Shown piece by piece: positions 1-9,591 of a stretch of 64,000 nucleotides of DNA. The notes beneath the pieces were generated by a model that worked only from the letters and a program-made list of their open reading frames with translations, ran no database searches and was not told the origin of the DNA. The stretch spans positions 9,182 to 73,181 of the IMG/VR virus record IMGVR_UViG_3300050030_000022. One strand, written 5' to 3'. This DNA comes from a virus. The number at the start of each line of letters is the position of its first letter. Within the stretch, counting starts at the first letter, position 1. Made by a program: the position numbers and the translations under genes.

Positions 1-182
1 TTAATTTCATTATCATATTTTGCACATTCCTTCTGCATATCCTGATCGACCTGGTCTAAGGCGTTTATCCGGTCATTGCCCTGTTTAATCAGCCAACCGA
101 CACCCCCGGCAATCCAAGTGAGTAAAACAAAAATAATCGTGACAAGACCGTTGCTGATTTTTTGTTTTGCACTTTCCGTCAT
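1..182 (-). CDS. Membrane protein (one TM + coiled coil), possible holin/lysis protein; truncated by window edge
   Basis: Manual translation MTESAKQKISNGLVTIIFVLLTWIAGGVGWLIKQGNDRINALDQ... Confidence 0.5.
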   Translation of the reverse strand, partial: MTESAKQKISNGLVTIIFVLLTWIAGGVGWLIKQGNDRINALDQVDQDMQKECAKYDNEI

Positions 183-188
183 GGTATT

Positions 189-440
189 TTAAGATTTGCG
201 CGTTGAGTAATTCAAATCTATGGCACGGTCAGCCCATGCCTGTTTAAAATTAAACGGATCGCTCTCAGCCCATTCTTCCAAGTTGGTGTCCAGTGATACC
301 CTTTTGATGCTGCATTGAGTTAGCAGTCCCGCACCGGAGTTGGGGGCTTCATAGCCATAGTAAGTATAAGCGGAATCGTCAGCATCTATCACGGTAGGGG
401 TTAATGTCACCCATCGGTTGACTTTCAGTTCGTTTGCCAT
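189..440 (-). CDS. Small virion structural/decoration protein
   Basis: YxGxxxP..IKRV..WA...F...W.DRA..L.Y pattern recalled from small phage structural domains; lies in the capsid operon. Confidence 0.5.
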   Translation of the reverse strand: MANELKVNRWVTLTPTVIDADDSAYTYYGYEAPNSGAGLLTQCSIKRVSLDTNLEEWAESDPFNFKQAWADRAIDLNYSTRKS

Positions 441-443
441 TGA

Positions 444-689
444 TTAAAGTTTTAATGTGTTGTCAGAGATGAATTTTTGAACCTGGGCATTGCAGAATTG
501 AGACGCTTGCGTACTTCCCACTACCTGTAAGATGTCGGCGGCGGCTTGCCATGCCAATACATCTACTAAACTTTCCGGGAAATCCTCACCCGCTTCAACT
601 TTAGCCACATATAAAGCATGGTCAATGGTGTGCGAATCCTCTACCGAGAAGTATTCTAAGGCTTTAATATATGCGGGTGCTTGTGCCAT
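444..689 (-). CDS. Probable C-terminal part of a split head-tail adaptor
   Basis: ATG at 689 overlaps the stop of the upstream ORF (TAATG); helical LVDVLAWQAAADIL segment typical of adaptor C-termini. Confidence 0.5.
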   Translation of the reverse strand: MAQAPAYIKALEYFSVEDSHTIDHALYVAKVEAGEDFPESLVDVLAWQAAADILQVVGSTQASQFCNAQVQKFISDNTLKL

Positions 690-1303
690 TATTGTGCGGG
701 TTGGAAGATTGCTGAATTTACTTGCCATGTTGTTTGGTCTGAATAAACCCAATAGGTATTGCCTGTGCCAGAAGTGTCGCGGATCAGGAAATTATCGGCA
801 GGCGTATAATTAGTAGCGTCACCTATGAGTTGGGTAATCTCCGCATTAGTTGGTATATCAGGATAATTACCCGTATAATATCCTGGAGTTAGAAAGCCTT
901 GCCCATCCCCAGATGAATAGGAAGAATTGTAATACCCTATCACACAAACGGGTTTAGACGGTTTTCCCCGTGTTATGGTGTTCTTTTGCAGGTTGTAAAG
1001 GGGATGTTCCTGAGAGATGGGATGACTTATAGGGCGATCCCATTCAGTCATTTTAAAAGATGACAGTCGTAGGAAGTCAGACGGTAAAGCCACGATACCC
1101 GATCCATCCGACCGAGCATCTTGGCTCTCAGTAGAAAAATCAGTAGGCGGAATCAGATGCAGGGGTACGGCCATTAAAATCTTCTCAGCCGCAGAGTCTA
1201 AAAACGAATCAATCAGGTTCACCGAGTCCACCTGATAGGCGGTAAACTGCGAAACCTCATCCAGTTTTTGCCTGACAATCTCCGTTATTTCCGCCCGTGT
1301 CAT
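689..1303 (-). CDS. Head-tail adaptor / tail tubular protein A-like, N-terminal part plus extra C-terminal domain
   Basis: LPSDFLRL and RGKPSKP motifs; position downstream of capsid gene. Confidence 0.6.
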   Translation of the reverse strand: MTRAEITEIVRQKLDEVSQFTAYQVDSVNLIDSFLDSAAEKILMAVPLHLIPPTDFSTESQDARSDGSGIVALPSDFLRLSSFKMTEWDRPISHPISQEHPLYNLQKNTITRGKPSKPVCVIGYYNSSYSSGDGQGFLTPGYYTGNYPDIPTNAEITQLIGDATNYTPADNFLIRDTSGTGNTYWVYSDQTTWQVNSAIFQPAQ

Positions 1304-1304
1304 T

Positions 1305-1898
1305 TTATTTGCTTGCTACAAATGTTTCCCATTGGGTGAATTGCACCCCTCTTGATTTGGCCTCAGAGATGATCTGTTCATTCTTCTGCACCTGCCGGAA
1401 GGTTATGTCTTTAAAGTGTTCCATCAGGTAATTACGAGCCTGCTGGCCATTAACAACTGAATCACCTACGATGTGTGATACGGGTTCGGTTGTGATTTCC
1501 TCCAGGATTTCCTCTACGATGTCTGTGGGTAAATCCTCGTCCGTTTCTTCCGGTATGCTCATATCCGGTGGCGTGGCTGTGCCTAAGTCGTCATGATCGG
1601 GAGCCTGCGGATGCTTGCCCGTTAGCACTTTATCGTCATCCACATTGTCCGCTTCAGGCGGATATGTTTTCTTTTCCGCAGGCAGGGGTATGGTGGAGAT
1701 CAGGCGGTATTTTTTGTTGTAACCCCCAGAGTTTTCGATCCATTCCTGAATCTTGGGGTTGTTGGTGGTAAATTTGCCCTGGATTTGCCTGGGTGCAGAT
1801 GTGCCGTTAATAAAAGCGACAGGTATGTCCCTTCCTTCGATATTAGCCGTGAGATACCTGTTTAAAATTCCGATTGTTTCGTAAGTCTTGAGTGGCAT
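1305..1898 (-). CDS. Hypothetical capsid-operon protein with acidic low-complexity linker
   Basis: 197-aa ORF directly after the capsid gene. Confidence 0.6.
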   Translation of the reverse strand: MPLKTYETIGILNRYLTANIEGRDIPVAFINGTSAPRQIQGKFTTNNPKIQEWIENSGGYNKKYRLISTIPLPAEKKTYPPEADNVDDDKVLTGKHPQAPDHDDLGTATPPDMSIPEETDEDLPTDIVEEILEEITTEPVSHIVGDSVVNGQQARNYLMEHFKDITFRQVQKNEQIISEAKSRGVQFTQWETFVASK

Positions 1899-1946
1899 AA
1901 TAAATGATTTTTGTGAAAAGTAGTTATAAGTTGTGAAAAATGCTTA

Positions 1947-1979
1947 TATAACCCGGAAGGTTTGAATTTCCGGGTTATA
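1947..1979 (-). terminator. Hairpin downstream of capsid gene (terminator or mRNA stabiliser)
   Basis: Perfect 12-bp stem TATAACCCGGAA / TTCCGGGTTATA. Confidence 0.65.
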
Positions 1980-1998
1980 GTTTGCATTTATAGTTTGG

Positions 1999-3360
1999 TT
2001 AGCTGCCTGAACCGGCAGATGGTTCGATAATAAAATGGGTGGCCGGGTAACGAGTTGCGATGCAGAAGGTTTCATCAATCTTGTACGCATCTGCGTTTTT
2101 CTGTCCCGATCCCTTGAGGTCGATTTTGGTTGAGGCCATTGATTTAAAGACGTGGCGTTCGATGTTGTTCACATCCAGTACCATTCCTTTTGCAGCCCAA
2201 CCGACATCGTTAAATAAGTTGTGGTGCTTCACGGCCAGAGTTCCAAAACTGGTCTCGATCATGTTGAATTTGATACCGAATTTGACCTCTGTTCCTTTGG
2301 CCTCAATCTGTTTGACAACCGAAGATACTGACATCATATCCGTCATCAGGTCTTTCCCGGCGAACAGAACTCTGGTGTCTGAACCTGAATTGCCCGTAAA
2401 GACATCCCTTGCCCACTCGTTAAATCTTTTCTCGGTCATTGCACCGGATGTGTATTCCAAAGCGTTATCGGCATAACGATAGATACCACCTGAGAAGTAT
2501 TTCCAGTCTTCACCTTCGGGGTCGTATTTATAACCCCTTGCTCCAAACAGGGAGGTCAGTTCAAATGACCTACGCATATCGTACAAAGCCTGTAAACGAT
2601 AGTCGGTGATGTCCCAGTTGACCTCTTTGTTATGCAAGGCCAGGTATGCACCTTCCTCCACCTGCGCCATGTGAATTTGGCAAAAATTGTAGGTTTTCGA
2701 GGGGAAGGTCGTGTACGGTGTGGTCTGAGCGTCATTTTCGTTCTTGGCGTTACCGATACGAATGATGGTCGTGGTCTGTGGGATGTCAGGCACTAAGTCC
2801 TCATCGACACCCAAACCGTTGACCGCAATTACGGAGATCGTTTTCGGCCCGGTATTTTTAGCCACGATATGCAACACCAATTCTTTACCGTCACCTCCGT
2901 CAATACCCTGTACCAGTACATTGTCGTCAACGGCGAAGATATGAATGTCGGTTACGGTGATGGTGTTTATATCACCAGTGGAATCAACTGTACCCGAAGC
3001 GGAAGTATCAAATGATACAGCTACGGTAGTGGAGATACCCCTTACATCGGATGAGTACCATTCTGTTTTCCATGCACCTACATCAACGGTGAGTCCGATG
3101 TTTCGCAGAATGGTGTCCAAAGGGGTTGCCGCCGGTTTCATTTCCGTTATTTTCTTGGAAATTTCGGTCAGCAATAGTTCGCTTGATGCGGCTGCGGCAA
3201 CTGCCGTGTCCGGTGTGGCCTGTGAGACCGCACCTGCGCCTGCGGCAAATGCCAGGGTTACACCCGCTCCTAAGAGAGCAGGAAGAAAAGCAAAGGCTGC
3301 GGCCGATACTAAAATCACCACCACAGTCAATACTGCCATGAATATGTCACGTGTTTTCAT
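1999..3360 (-). CDS. Major capsid protein (HK97 fold, DUF5309/SU10-like) with hydrophobic N-terminal leader
   Basis: TPLDTIL, EWY, NFCQI, DMRRSFELTSLFG and GGI motifs; follows scaffold gene. Confidence 0.8.
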   Translation of the reverse strand: MKTRDIFMAVLTVVVILVSAAAFAFLPALLGAGVTLAFAAGAGAVSQATPDTAVAAAASSELLLTEISKKITEMKPAATPLDTILRNIGLTVDVGAWKTEWYSSDVRGISTTVAVSFDTSASGTVDSTGDINTITVTDIHIFAVDDNVLVQGIDGGDGKELVLHIVAKNTGPKTISVIAVNGLGVDEDLVPDIPQTTTIIRIGNAKNENDAQTTPYTTFPSKTYNFCQIHMAQVEEGAYLALHNKEVNWDITDYRLQALYDMRRSFELTSLFGARGYKYDPEGEDWKYFSGGIYRYADNALEYTSGAMTEKRFNEWARDVFTGNSGSDTRVLFAGKDLMTDMMSVSSVVKQIEAKGTEVKFGIKFNMIETSFGTLAVKHHNLFNDVGWAAKGMVLDVNNIERHVFKSMASTKIDLKGSGQKNADAYKIDETFCIATRYPATHFIIEPSAGSGS

Positions 3361-3378
3361 TTTCGTTTTGGTTTATGT

Positions 3379-4374
3379 TTATTTAAAGCGTTCGTGTTGT
3401 CTGTTATAGCCGTCCACCAAATTGGTGATCATTCTTGTACCCTCATCTGCTTTCGGGACGGGCTTTGTTTCTCCTCCCTTAGATAAATCGGGTAGACCAT
3501 CCCCTGTTGGTGTGGCTTTTGTTACTTTTTCTTTTATGGCTTCGTTGCGTCCTTTTACTTCGGCCACTTTGGAAGCCTGTTGAATTTGAGAGTCTGCCGT
3601 CCGTGCCCGGTGCAGGGCGTTTAAAAATCCCTTATCCACTTTACCATTGTATACATCAGCCAGGATTTGATCGGCGTATTTTGCAAATTCCTCCAACCCA
3701 GCCTGATCCAACTTGTTTTCCTCGGCAAACTCCCGGAGGTTCTGAGCGGCGATCTTGCGGTTCTCGGCGTAACTTTCCGTCCATTTCTGGCGGTCGGTAA
3801 ATTGCTGCTCCCTCTGTTTTTTCTGTTCTGCCCACTTTTCGTTTTTAGGGATATAGTCATCGGCTAAAACGACCTCCCTTAATACCTTTCTCTGCTCTGC
3901 GTCAAGGTTCAAAGCAAGGGCTTCGGTGAAGTCCGCCCCCTCGTCCATGTCCTGTAACGCACCTACCAGTTCGGGATGGGCGTTAAACAGGGTCATTACC
4001 TTTTGATTGGCCTCCCGGTTCTTTTGTTGATAAGTTTCCAGGTCTTTGATGTGCCGGTAGGCTTTGCGGTCTGCCTTATCATCATCGTCCAACCCATCGT
4101 CTTTGTACTTTTCCCGGATGTAATCTTTGACCGGACGGTAATCATCATCCCCCACGACTTCTTTAGTTTCGTGGTTCATCGTATCTGTTCCAGCTTTGTC
4201 AAAGGACTGTTGGATGGATTCACCACCCTCACCGGCGGGCTGTCCGCCACCTTGTGCTCCCTCAGTTTTACCCTCAGTTACTCCCTCGGTCTGCGCCGGG
4301 GCTTGTTGACTTTGTGTTGATTCACCTTGACTCCCCGCGTTGCCTGCGGATTGTCCTGCTGCTGATTCGCTCAT
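3379..4374 (-). CDS. Capsid scaffolding protein
   Basis: Disordered acidic N-terminus, coiled coil, immediately upstream of the capsid gene. Confidence 0.7.
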   Translation of the reverse strand: MSESAAGQSAGNAGSQGESTQSQQAPAQTEGVTEGKTEGAQGGGQPAGEGGESIQQSFDKAGTDTMNHETKEVVGDDDYRPVKDYIREKYKDDGLDDDDKADRKAYRHIKDLETYQQKNREANQKVMTLFNAHPELVGALQDMDEGADFTEALALNLDAEQRKVLREVVLADDYIPKNEKWAEQKKQREQQFTDRQKWTESYAENRKIAAQNLREFAEENKLDQAGLEEFAKYADQILADVYNGKVDKGFLNALHRARTADSQIQQASKVAEVKGRNEAIKEKVTKATPTGDGLPDLSKGGETKPVPKADEGTRMITNLVDGYNRQHERFK

Positions 4375-4422
4375 AAAATAGGTTATTAGTTAGACATTGC
4401 GCTACTTGCGTTTAGTGGGCAG

Positions 4423-4460
4423 TAAAATTAGGGGAGTGTAACCGAAATAAAAGCGATAAA
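4423..4460 (-). promoter_or_regulatory. Class B promoter (TTTATCGC-N22-TAATTTTA) for scaffold/capsid operon
   Basis: Same motif and spacing at 15507-15544(+) and 34142-34179(-). Confidence 0.55.
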
Positions 4461-4471
4461 TTCGTACTGTT

Positions 4472-4504
4472 TTGCTAATATTCGTGCAAAATGTGTTACA
4501 TTTG
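4472..4504 (+). promoter_or_regulatory. Class A promoter TTG-N9-GTGCA-N8-TACATTTG
   Basis: Bacteroidota -7 box; motif recurs 9 times at operon starts. Confidence 0.7.
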
Positions 4505-4526
4505 CGAGAAACATAATTTTAATGCT

Positions 4527-4973
4527 ATGAAAAATCGTCCAAGATTTAGAATTTGGGATAAGGAAGAAGGTAGATTCTTTACGCCAATTTACGAGGCATT
4601 TGAGGGCAGGTGGTTGGATTTGAGCATCGAAACCAACGGTAGGATATTACGGCACACCCTTAAATTTCCCGCCGAAGACGAAAGTCAATTTGAGGATCGT
4701 TACGAAATCCAAGAATACGCCGATTTGAAATCTAAAGATGGTGATAGGATTTTTGAGGGGGATATTCTTGCATTTAAATCACAGTCATTTATCAGTATGT
4801 TGGGTGGCGAGGGGTTGATTAATCGGATCGGAGTGGTTGAGTGGGACAGGGAAGAATTACAGTGGTGGGTAAGGTGTGGCACTGAGGGCTTTAAACCCAA
4901 TCGCAAAACAGACAATAAACAATTTAAGATTATTGGTAATATTTACCAAAATCCAGACTTAATCAAACCATAA
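4527..4973 (+). CDS. YopX family protein
   Basis: FRIWDK...IFEGDIL...IIGNIYQNPDLI. Confidence 0.85.
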   Translation: MKNRPRFRIWDKEEGRFFTPIYEAFEGRWLDLSIETNGRILRHTLKFPAEDESQFEDRYEIQEYADLKSKDGDRIFEGDILAFKSQSFISMLGGEGLINRIGVVEWDREELQWWVRCGTEGFKPNRKTDNKQFKIIGNIYQNPDLIKP

Positions 4974-4977
4974 CTAT

Positions 4978-5280
4978 ATGTCCAAAACTCAAAACAAACT
5001 AAAGCCACTGGCTGTTTTCCAGACCTACCAGGAACTCATTAAGGAATACCGGGAAAAGCACGGGGAGATCGCCAACCGGGTCGATAAGAACTGGATGTAC
5101 GAACAAGTAGCCCAAAGATTTATGATTTCCGCAAAGTACGCAGGGCAACTCATTCGCTTTGTAATGACCCATCAGAAAGAATTTGAGCCGTACAAACACG
5201 ATATACTGGAGGTGATGGAGGCACTCAGGAAGGTTAAAAGCCCGGTTAATAAATTCGACCCAATGGATGCGTGTAAATGA
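4978..5280 (+). CDS. Putative HTH DNA-binding protein (Mor-like), candidate transcription activator
   Basis: YEQVAQRFMISAKYAGQLIR helix-turn-helix pattern. Confidence 0.45.
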   Translation: MSKTQNKLKPLAVFQTYQELIKEYREKHGEIANRVDKNWMYEQVAQRFMISAKYAGQLIRFVMTHQKEFEPYKHDILEVMEALRKVKSPVNKFDPMDACK

Positions 5281-5585
5281 AATTCGATTGTAAGCAATGT
5301 GGTCGCTGCTGCCGCCACGTACAATTCACTACTGAATCGGCACGGCTGTTAATCGCTCAGGGCAACGAAAGTGAGGTAATGAAAGAGTTGGCGGAGTTCC
5401 CTTACGGGTGGGATGAAAACGGGTGGTGCGAACATTTAAAGGATAATCGTTGCGACATTTATCGCACCCGACCCGACATCTGCAATGTTTATAAGTTCTG
5501 GGAAAAGTACCTGAAAGATAAAATGACGCTGAAACAATGTTATGAGGTTAATAAACGGGGGTGTGAAATACTGAATAAAGAATGA
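5277..5585 (+). CDS. YkgJ/CxxCxxCC Fe-S or Zn cluster protein
   Basis: CKQCGRCC...CEHL..NRCDIY.TRPDIC. Confidence 0.85.
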   Translation: MKFDCKQCGRCCRHVQFTTESARLLIAQGNESEVMKELAEFPYGWDENGWCEHLKDNRCDIYRTRPDICNVYKFWEKYLKDKMTLKQCYEVNKRGCEILNKE

Positions 5586-6232
5586 GGATATTAATAGCCT
5601 GTGAAGAAAGTCAGACGGTATGCAAGGCATTCCGGGCAAAAGGACACGAAGCCTATTCAAACGATATTATCGAATGTTCAGGTGGACATCCTGAATGGCA
5701 TTTACAGATGGATGTACTGGAAGCGATTAAGTTAATGGATTGGGATTTAATAGGGATGCACCCGCCTTGCACGGCTATGACATTATCAGGAAACAGGCAT
5801 TATGGGCCGGGTAAACCCAAACACTGGCAAAGAGTTGAGGCGGTCGAATGGACTTATAATTTATGGCGGATTGCTTGCAAAAAATCTGAAAAGGTTTACA
5901 TGGAAAATCCTATCGGAGCAATGAATACTGATTCGAGATTCCCTAAACCTCAAATTATACAGCCTTACTATTTTGGTGATGAGTTTCAGAAAACTACCTG
6001 TTTATGGTTAAAAGGATTGTCAATATTATTACACATAAAAGAAGATGATTTATTTGATAATAAAACCCATGTAGGCAAAGGTGAAATGGTGACATTTAAA
6101 AGCGGTAAAGTTATGCCTAAATGGTTTGCAGATTCACCAAGTACGAACAATCCGGATAACGCAAAACTTAGATCAGTTACATTCCCCGGAATTGCGGAAG
6201 CTATGGCGGCTCAATGGGGTTTATTATGTTAA
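5582..6232 (+). CDS. Short phage DNA cytosine-C5 methyltransferase-like protein
   Basis: ILIACEES, HPPCT, ENP, KTTCLWL, RSVTFPGIAEAMA.QWG. Confidence 0.75.
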   Translation: MRILIACEESQTVCKAFRAKGHEAYSNDIIECSGGHPEWHLQMDVLEAIKLMDWDLIGMHPPCTAMTLSGNRHYGPGKPKHWQRVEAVEWTYNLWRIACKKSEKVYMENPIGAMNTDSRFPKPQIIQPYYFGDEFQKTTCLWLKGLSILLHIKEDDLFDNKTHVGKGEMVTFKSGKVMPKWFADSPSTNNPDNAKLRSVTFPGIAEAMAAQWGLLC

Positions 6233-8196
6233 ACATCCCCGACATACTCATTGAAAACACCCGCCGTAAAGCGGAACTGTTTGCCCCTTACGACCCGGTA
6301 TTAGGCACGGGTTCTCCCTTAGACCGCTATCCTTTAATCATTGACGAAAACACCACTCACAACATCCCGATTCAAATGATGGAAGTGGACTGGATTCGCC
6401 AGGTGGATGAGGCGGGTGGTCTGGTAAAGTCCATGCAGAACATTGAAGGGCTTACCGAGGAATTAATCATTGAACTTTGGGGAGAGTATGTCAATATCCG
6501 GTGCAAGTACGATTTTGAGTATTGGGCGGCGACACAGGCGCATATTAAAGACAAGGAAACGGGAACTCCAGTCTTATTTGTACTTAATAAACCACAACGC
6601 AGATACCTTAAACAGTTAGAGGATTTAAGACTCAACGATCAACCCATTCGTATTGTCATTCTAAAAGCCCGTCAATGGGGTGGGTCAACCTTGACCCAAA
6701 TTTATATGCTTTGGATTCAGACTTTTTGGAAAATGGGTTGGTCAAGTGTAGTGTGCGCTGATGTAAAGGACAAGGCAAAACATATTCGCGGGATGTTCTC
6801 CTATCTTGCTAAACGGCACAATATAGATATTGCTAAAATTACTTTACAACCTTACCAACAATCCCAAGAGCATAAACAATACACAGAACGGGATTGTATG
6901 ATTGGGGTTGGGAGTGCTGAAAATCCCACTACCTTTAATGCCTATTCGTTCTATATGGCACACTTGAGCGAGATTGGGCTGTATAAAAAGACGGCTATGA
7001 CCGACCCAAAAGAATTAGTGCAATCCATCGCGTCAGTCGTCCCCGATCTACCGTATACCTTAATTGTAAAAGAATCAACTGCCCGTGGAGTGGGTACATT
7101 ATTCCATGATGAATGGATCAAGTCAGAAAATGGGACAAGTGGATATGCCCCTGTATTTGTTTCATGGTTTGCTGATCCACGGAACGTGTTGCCCATTTCC
7201 AACCTGACGCAATTTGTTAAAACCATGACCCCGAAAGATTGGGAACGGTGGGAAAAGGGCGCAACCTTAGAGGGCATTCACTGGTATAATGAACAAAAAC
7301 GGAAAGAAAATTTTGATGATGTTTCGATGGGTGAGAACTTCCCGACCGATCCGCAGGAAGCGTTTATGTCGTCCGGCAGAAGGGCGTTCCAATCGGTCTA
7401 TGTGAACCGCGCCCGTAAGACGTGTTGTGACCCGATTTTTGTAGGGGACATTTATGGGGATTCCATGAAGGGCAAGGAAGCATTAAATAACATTCACTTA
7501 GAAGAAAAGCCCAACGGGGAACTCCGTGTATGGCTGATGCCCGATAAGGAACCGGGTGTTACCCAAAGAGGATGTGTTACCGTGGACATCGGGGGCAGGA
7601 CGCAGGGGGCGGACTGGTCTGTAATCAAAGGGTTTGATAGGGTATATCAGGCAGAGGGTGGTGTACCGGAGGTTGCGTTTGTGTGGGCGGGGCACATGGA
7701 TCAAGACCTTGTTTCGTGGAAGGCGGCGCAACTTGGTATGTTATGGTATAAGAGTTTGTTGATTGTCGAAGTTAATTCCCTGGATTCAGACGAGGATTCC
7801 GAGGGCGACCACGCAATGACGATACTGGACGAGATTGCAGAATTTTACCCTAATTTGTACGCCCGTGTCGATCCTGAAAAAGTCAAATTAGGTGCACCCG
7901 TCTTGTATGGATTTCATAATAACAAGAAAACCCGCCCGATGATCATTGACGACTTAAACGGTGCATTAAGAGATCAGATGTATATTGAACATGACTCCCG
8001 TGCTTGTGATGAAATGGATTGGTTTGTGATGTCTAACAAAGGCAAGTACGAGGCGCAGGAAGGTAAAAATGATGACATGGTTATTACAACCGCACTGGGA
8101 ACTTGGGCGTGTAATAGCTATATGGACACCCCGCACGTTATTAATAAGGAAGCGAAGAAACGGACGGGTAGGGCAGTGTCAGAAGCAACGATGTAA
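6226..8196 (+). CDS. terL: Terminase large subunit
   Basis: LKARQWGGST Walker A, HLSE Walker B, ESTA motif, RNase H-like VDIGG..DWS and C-terminal DD. Confidence 0.92.
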   Translation: MLNIPDILIENTRRKAELFAPYDPVLGTGSPLDRYPLIIDENTTHNIPIQMMEVDWIRQVDEAGGLVKSMQNIEGLTEELIIELWGEYVNIRCKYDFEYWAATQAHIKDKETGTPVLFVLNKPQRRYLKQLEDLRLNDQPIRIVILKARQWGGSTLTQIYMLWIQTFWKMGWSSVVCADVKDKAKHIRGMFSYLAKRHNIDIAKITLQPYQQSQEHKQYTERDCMIGVGSAENPTTFNAYSFYMAHLSEIGLYKKTAMTDPKELVQSIASVVPDLPYTLIVKESTARGVGTLFHDEWIKSENGTSGYAPVFVSWFADPRNVLPISNLTQFVKTMTPKDWERWEKGATLEGIHWYNEQKRKENFDDVSMGENFPTDPQEAFMSSGRRAFQSVYVNRARKTCCDPIFVGDIYGDSMKGKEALNNIHLEEKPNGELRVWLMPDKEPGVTQRGCVTVDIGGRTQGADWSVIKGFDRVYQAEGGVPEVAFVWAGHMDQDLVSWKAAQLGMLWYKSLLIVEVNSLDSDEDSEGDHAMTILDEIAEFYPNLYARVDPEKVKLGAPVLYGFHNNKKTRPMIIDDLNGALRDQMYIEHDSRACDEMDWFVMSNKGKYEAQEGKNDDMVITTALGTWACNSYMDTPHVINKEAKKRTGRAVSEATM

Positions 8197-8207
8197 ATTG
8201 AAAATAA

Positions 8208-8240
8208 TTGTCAAACCGTGTGCAAATCTTAGTATATTCG
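8208..8240 (+). promoter_or_regulatory. Class A promoter TTG-N9-GTGCA-N8-TATATTCG
   Basis: Intergenic, precedes the glycan-enzyme cluster. Confidence 0.65.
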
Positions 8241-8256
8241 CAACAAAATTAAGGAT

Positions 8257-8460
8257 ATGAAAATTTTATTATTACTGATTATCTTAATGTTATTCGGATG
8301 TAATTATGCGCCCGTTAAACCTCTGATCGTGACTAAGGTAGAATACGATTTTCGTTCGATGAGTTATACGGTAATTGATGGTCGCGATGCCACTTTCCAT
8401 TATCAAATCCCATACAATGACGGTGACGAGATATTCAAGATTGGAGATACCTTAAAATAA
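8257..8460 (+). CDS. Small lipoprotein
   Basis: MKILLLLIILMLFG-C lipobox; C-terminal GDTL. Confidence 0.7.
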   Translation: MKILLLLIILMLFGCNYAPVKPLIVTKVEYDFRSMSYTVIDGRDATFHYQIPYNDGDEIFKIGDTLK

Positions 8461-8468
8461 CCAAACCC

Positions 8469-9587
8469 ATGATTTGCAAAAGATGTTTATATTCTGACGA
8501 CATACTTGGTGTGACTTTAAACGCCGAATCCGTCTGCAACTTTTGTCAACTCCACGACCGCCTTGAAAAGCAATATCCTATTTCGTGGGCTGACCTAAGT
8601 ACAACCTTTGAACGGGTAAAGTCCCGTGGCAAAGGTCACAAGTACGACTGCCTGGTGGGTATCTCCGGTGGGATTGATTCTACCTTTATGCTACATTTAT
8701 GCAAGGTTCACCAGGTAAGGGTATTGCCGTTCCACATGGACAACGGTTTCAACACCGAGCAGGCTGAACACAACATGCGAGCCATTTGCGAGTATACTGG
8801 CTATAAAATGGAACGCTTTATTGTCCCGTCTGAAAAATGGCGCAAGGTTAATGTCGCTGTTTTAATGGCCGGAGTGAGTGACGCAGACATCCCCAATGAT
8901 ATTGCGATGGCAAAACTGATGTTGGACACCGCACACGCCCAGGATTGCCCTATTATTTTAAACGGTCACTCATTCCGCAACGAAGGCTCAGTGCCGATTG
9001 GTTGGACTTACATGGACGGTGCTTACCTGAAAGATATGTACCGCCGTTACTGGCATGAGGAATTAACCGGCTTTCCTATTCTGACGGTATGGGATCAGAT
9101 CAAAGCATCCCTGAGAGGAATCAAACATGAACGCCCGTTGTATCATTTGGGGCTGACCAAAGAGGAGCAAATTATAATACTGGAGGGTGTCATTGATTTT
9201 AAGCGGTATCAGGGCAGGCATTGCGAGAACGATTACACCGCTTTCGCCGGGTGGCTCACATACCAACGGTTCGGGATTGACAAGCGCATCATCGACCTTT
9301 CGGCTCAAATCAGGTCGGGTCGTATCAGCAAGTGGGATGCGCAGGTCGTGTTAAAAAGTAGCCCCGGAAGACTTGCCCAACACACAATAGATCGGGTAAC
9401 ACATTTTCTATCCGTGGATGAACTCATGGTTATCCCGTTTGTAACCGGGATTCGCAAGATGTTTTACGAGTTCCACACCTATCAAAAGACGTTCCGGCGT
9501 TACAGGTGGTTGGTGAAAATCGGGGTTGTTTTGCGATTCCTTCCTGAAACCTTCTTAAAAAAGTATTGTCAGAAACTTAAATATTAA
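8469..9587 (+). CDS. N-acetyl sugar amidotransferase (WbuX/PseA-like PP-loop)
   Basis: N-terminal CxxC..CxxC, YDCLVGISGGIDS PP-loop, HCEN, FGIDKR. Confidence 0.85.
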   Translation: MICKRCLYSDDILGVTLNAESVCNFCQLHDRLEKQYPISWADLSTTFERVKSRGKGHKYDCLVGISGGIDSTFMLHLCKVHQVRVLPFHMDNGFNTEQAEHNMRAICEYTGYKMERFIVPSEKWRKVNVAVLMAGVSDADIPNDIAMAKLMLDTAHAQDCPIILNGHSFRNEGSVPIGWTYMDGAYLKDMYRRYWHEELTGFPILTVWDQIKASLRGIKHERPLYHLGLTKEEQIIILEGVIDFKRYQGRHCENDYTAFAGWLTYQRFGIDKRIIDLSAQIRSGRISKWDAQVVLKSSPGRLAQHTIDRVTHFLSVDELMVIPFVTGIRKMFYEFHTYQKTFRRYRWLVKIGVVLRFLPETFLKKYCQKLKY

Positions 9588-9591
9588 AGAT

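Noticed and set aside
7-25. GTGCAAAA on the minus strand as another class A promoter
   Set aside because: Inside a coding region and no -7 box at 8-nt spacing
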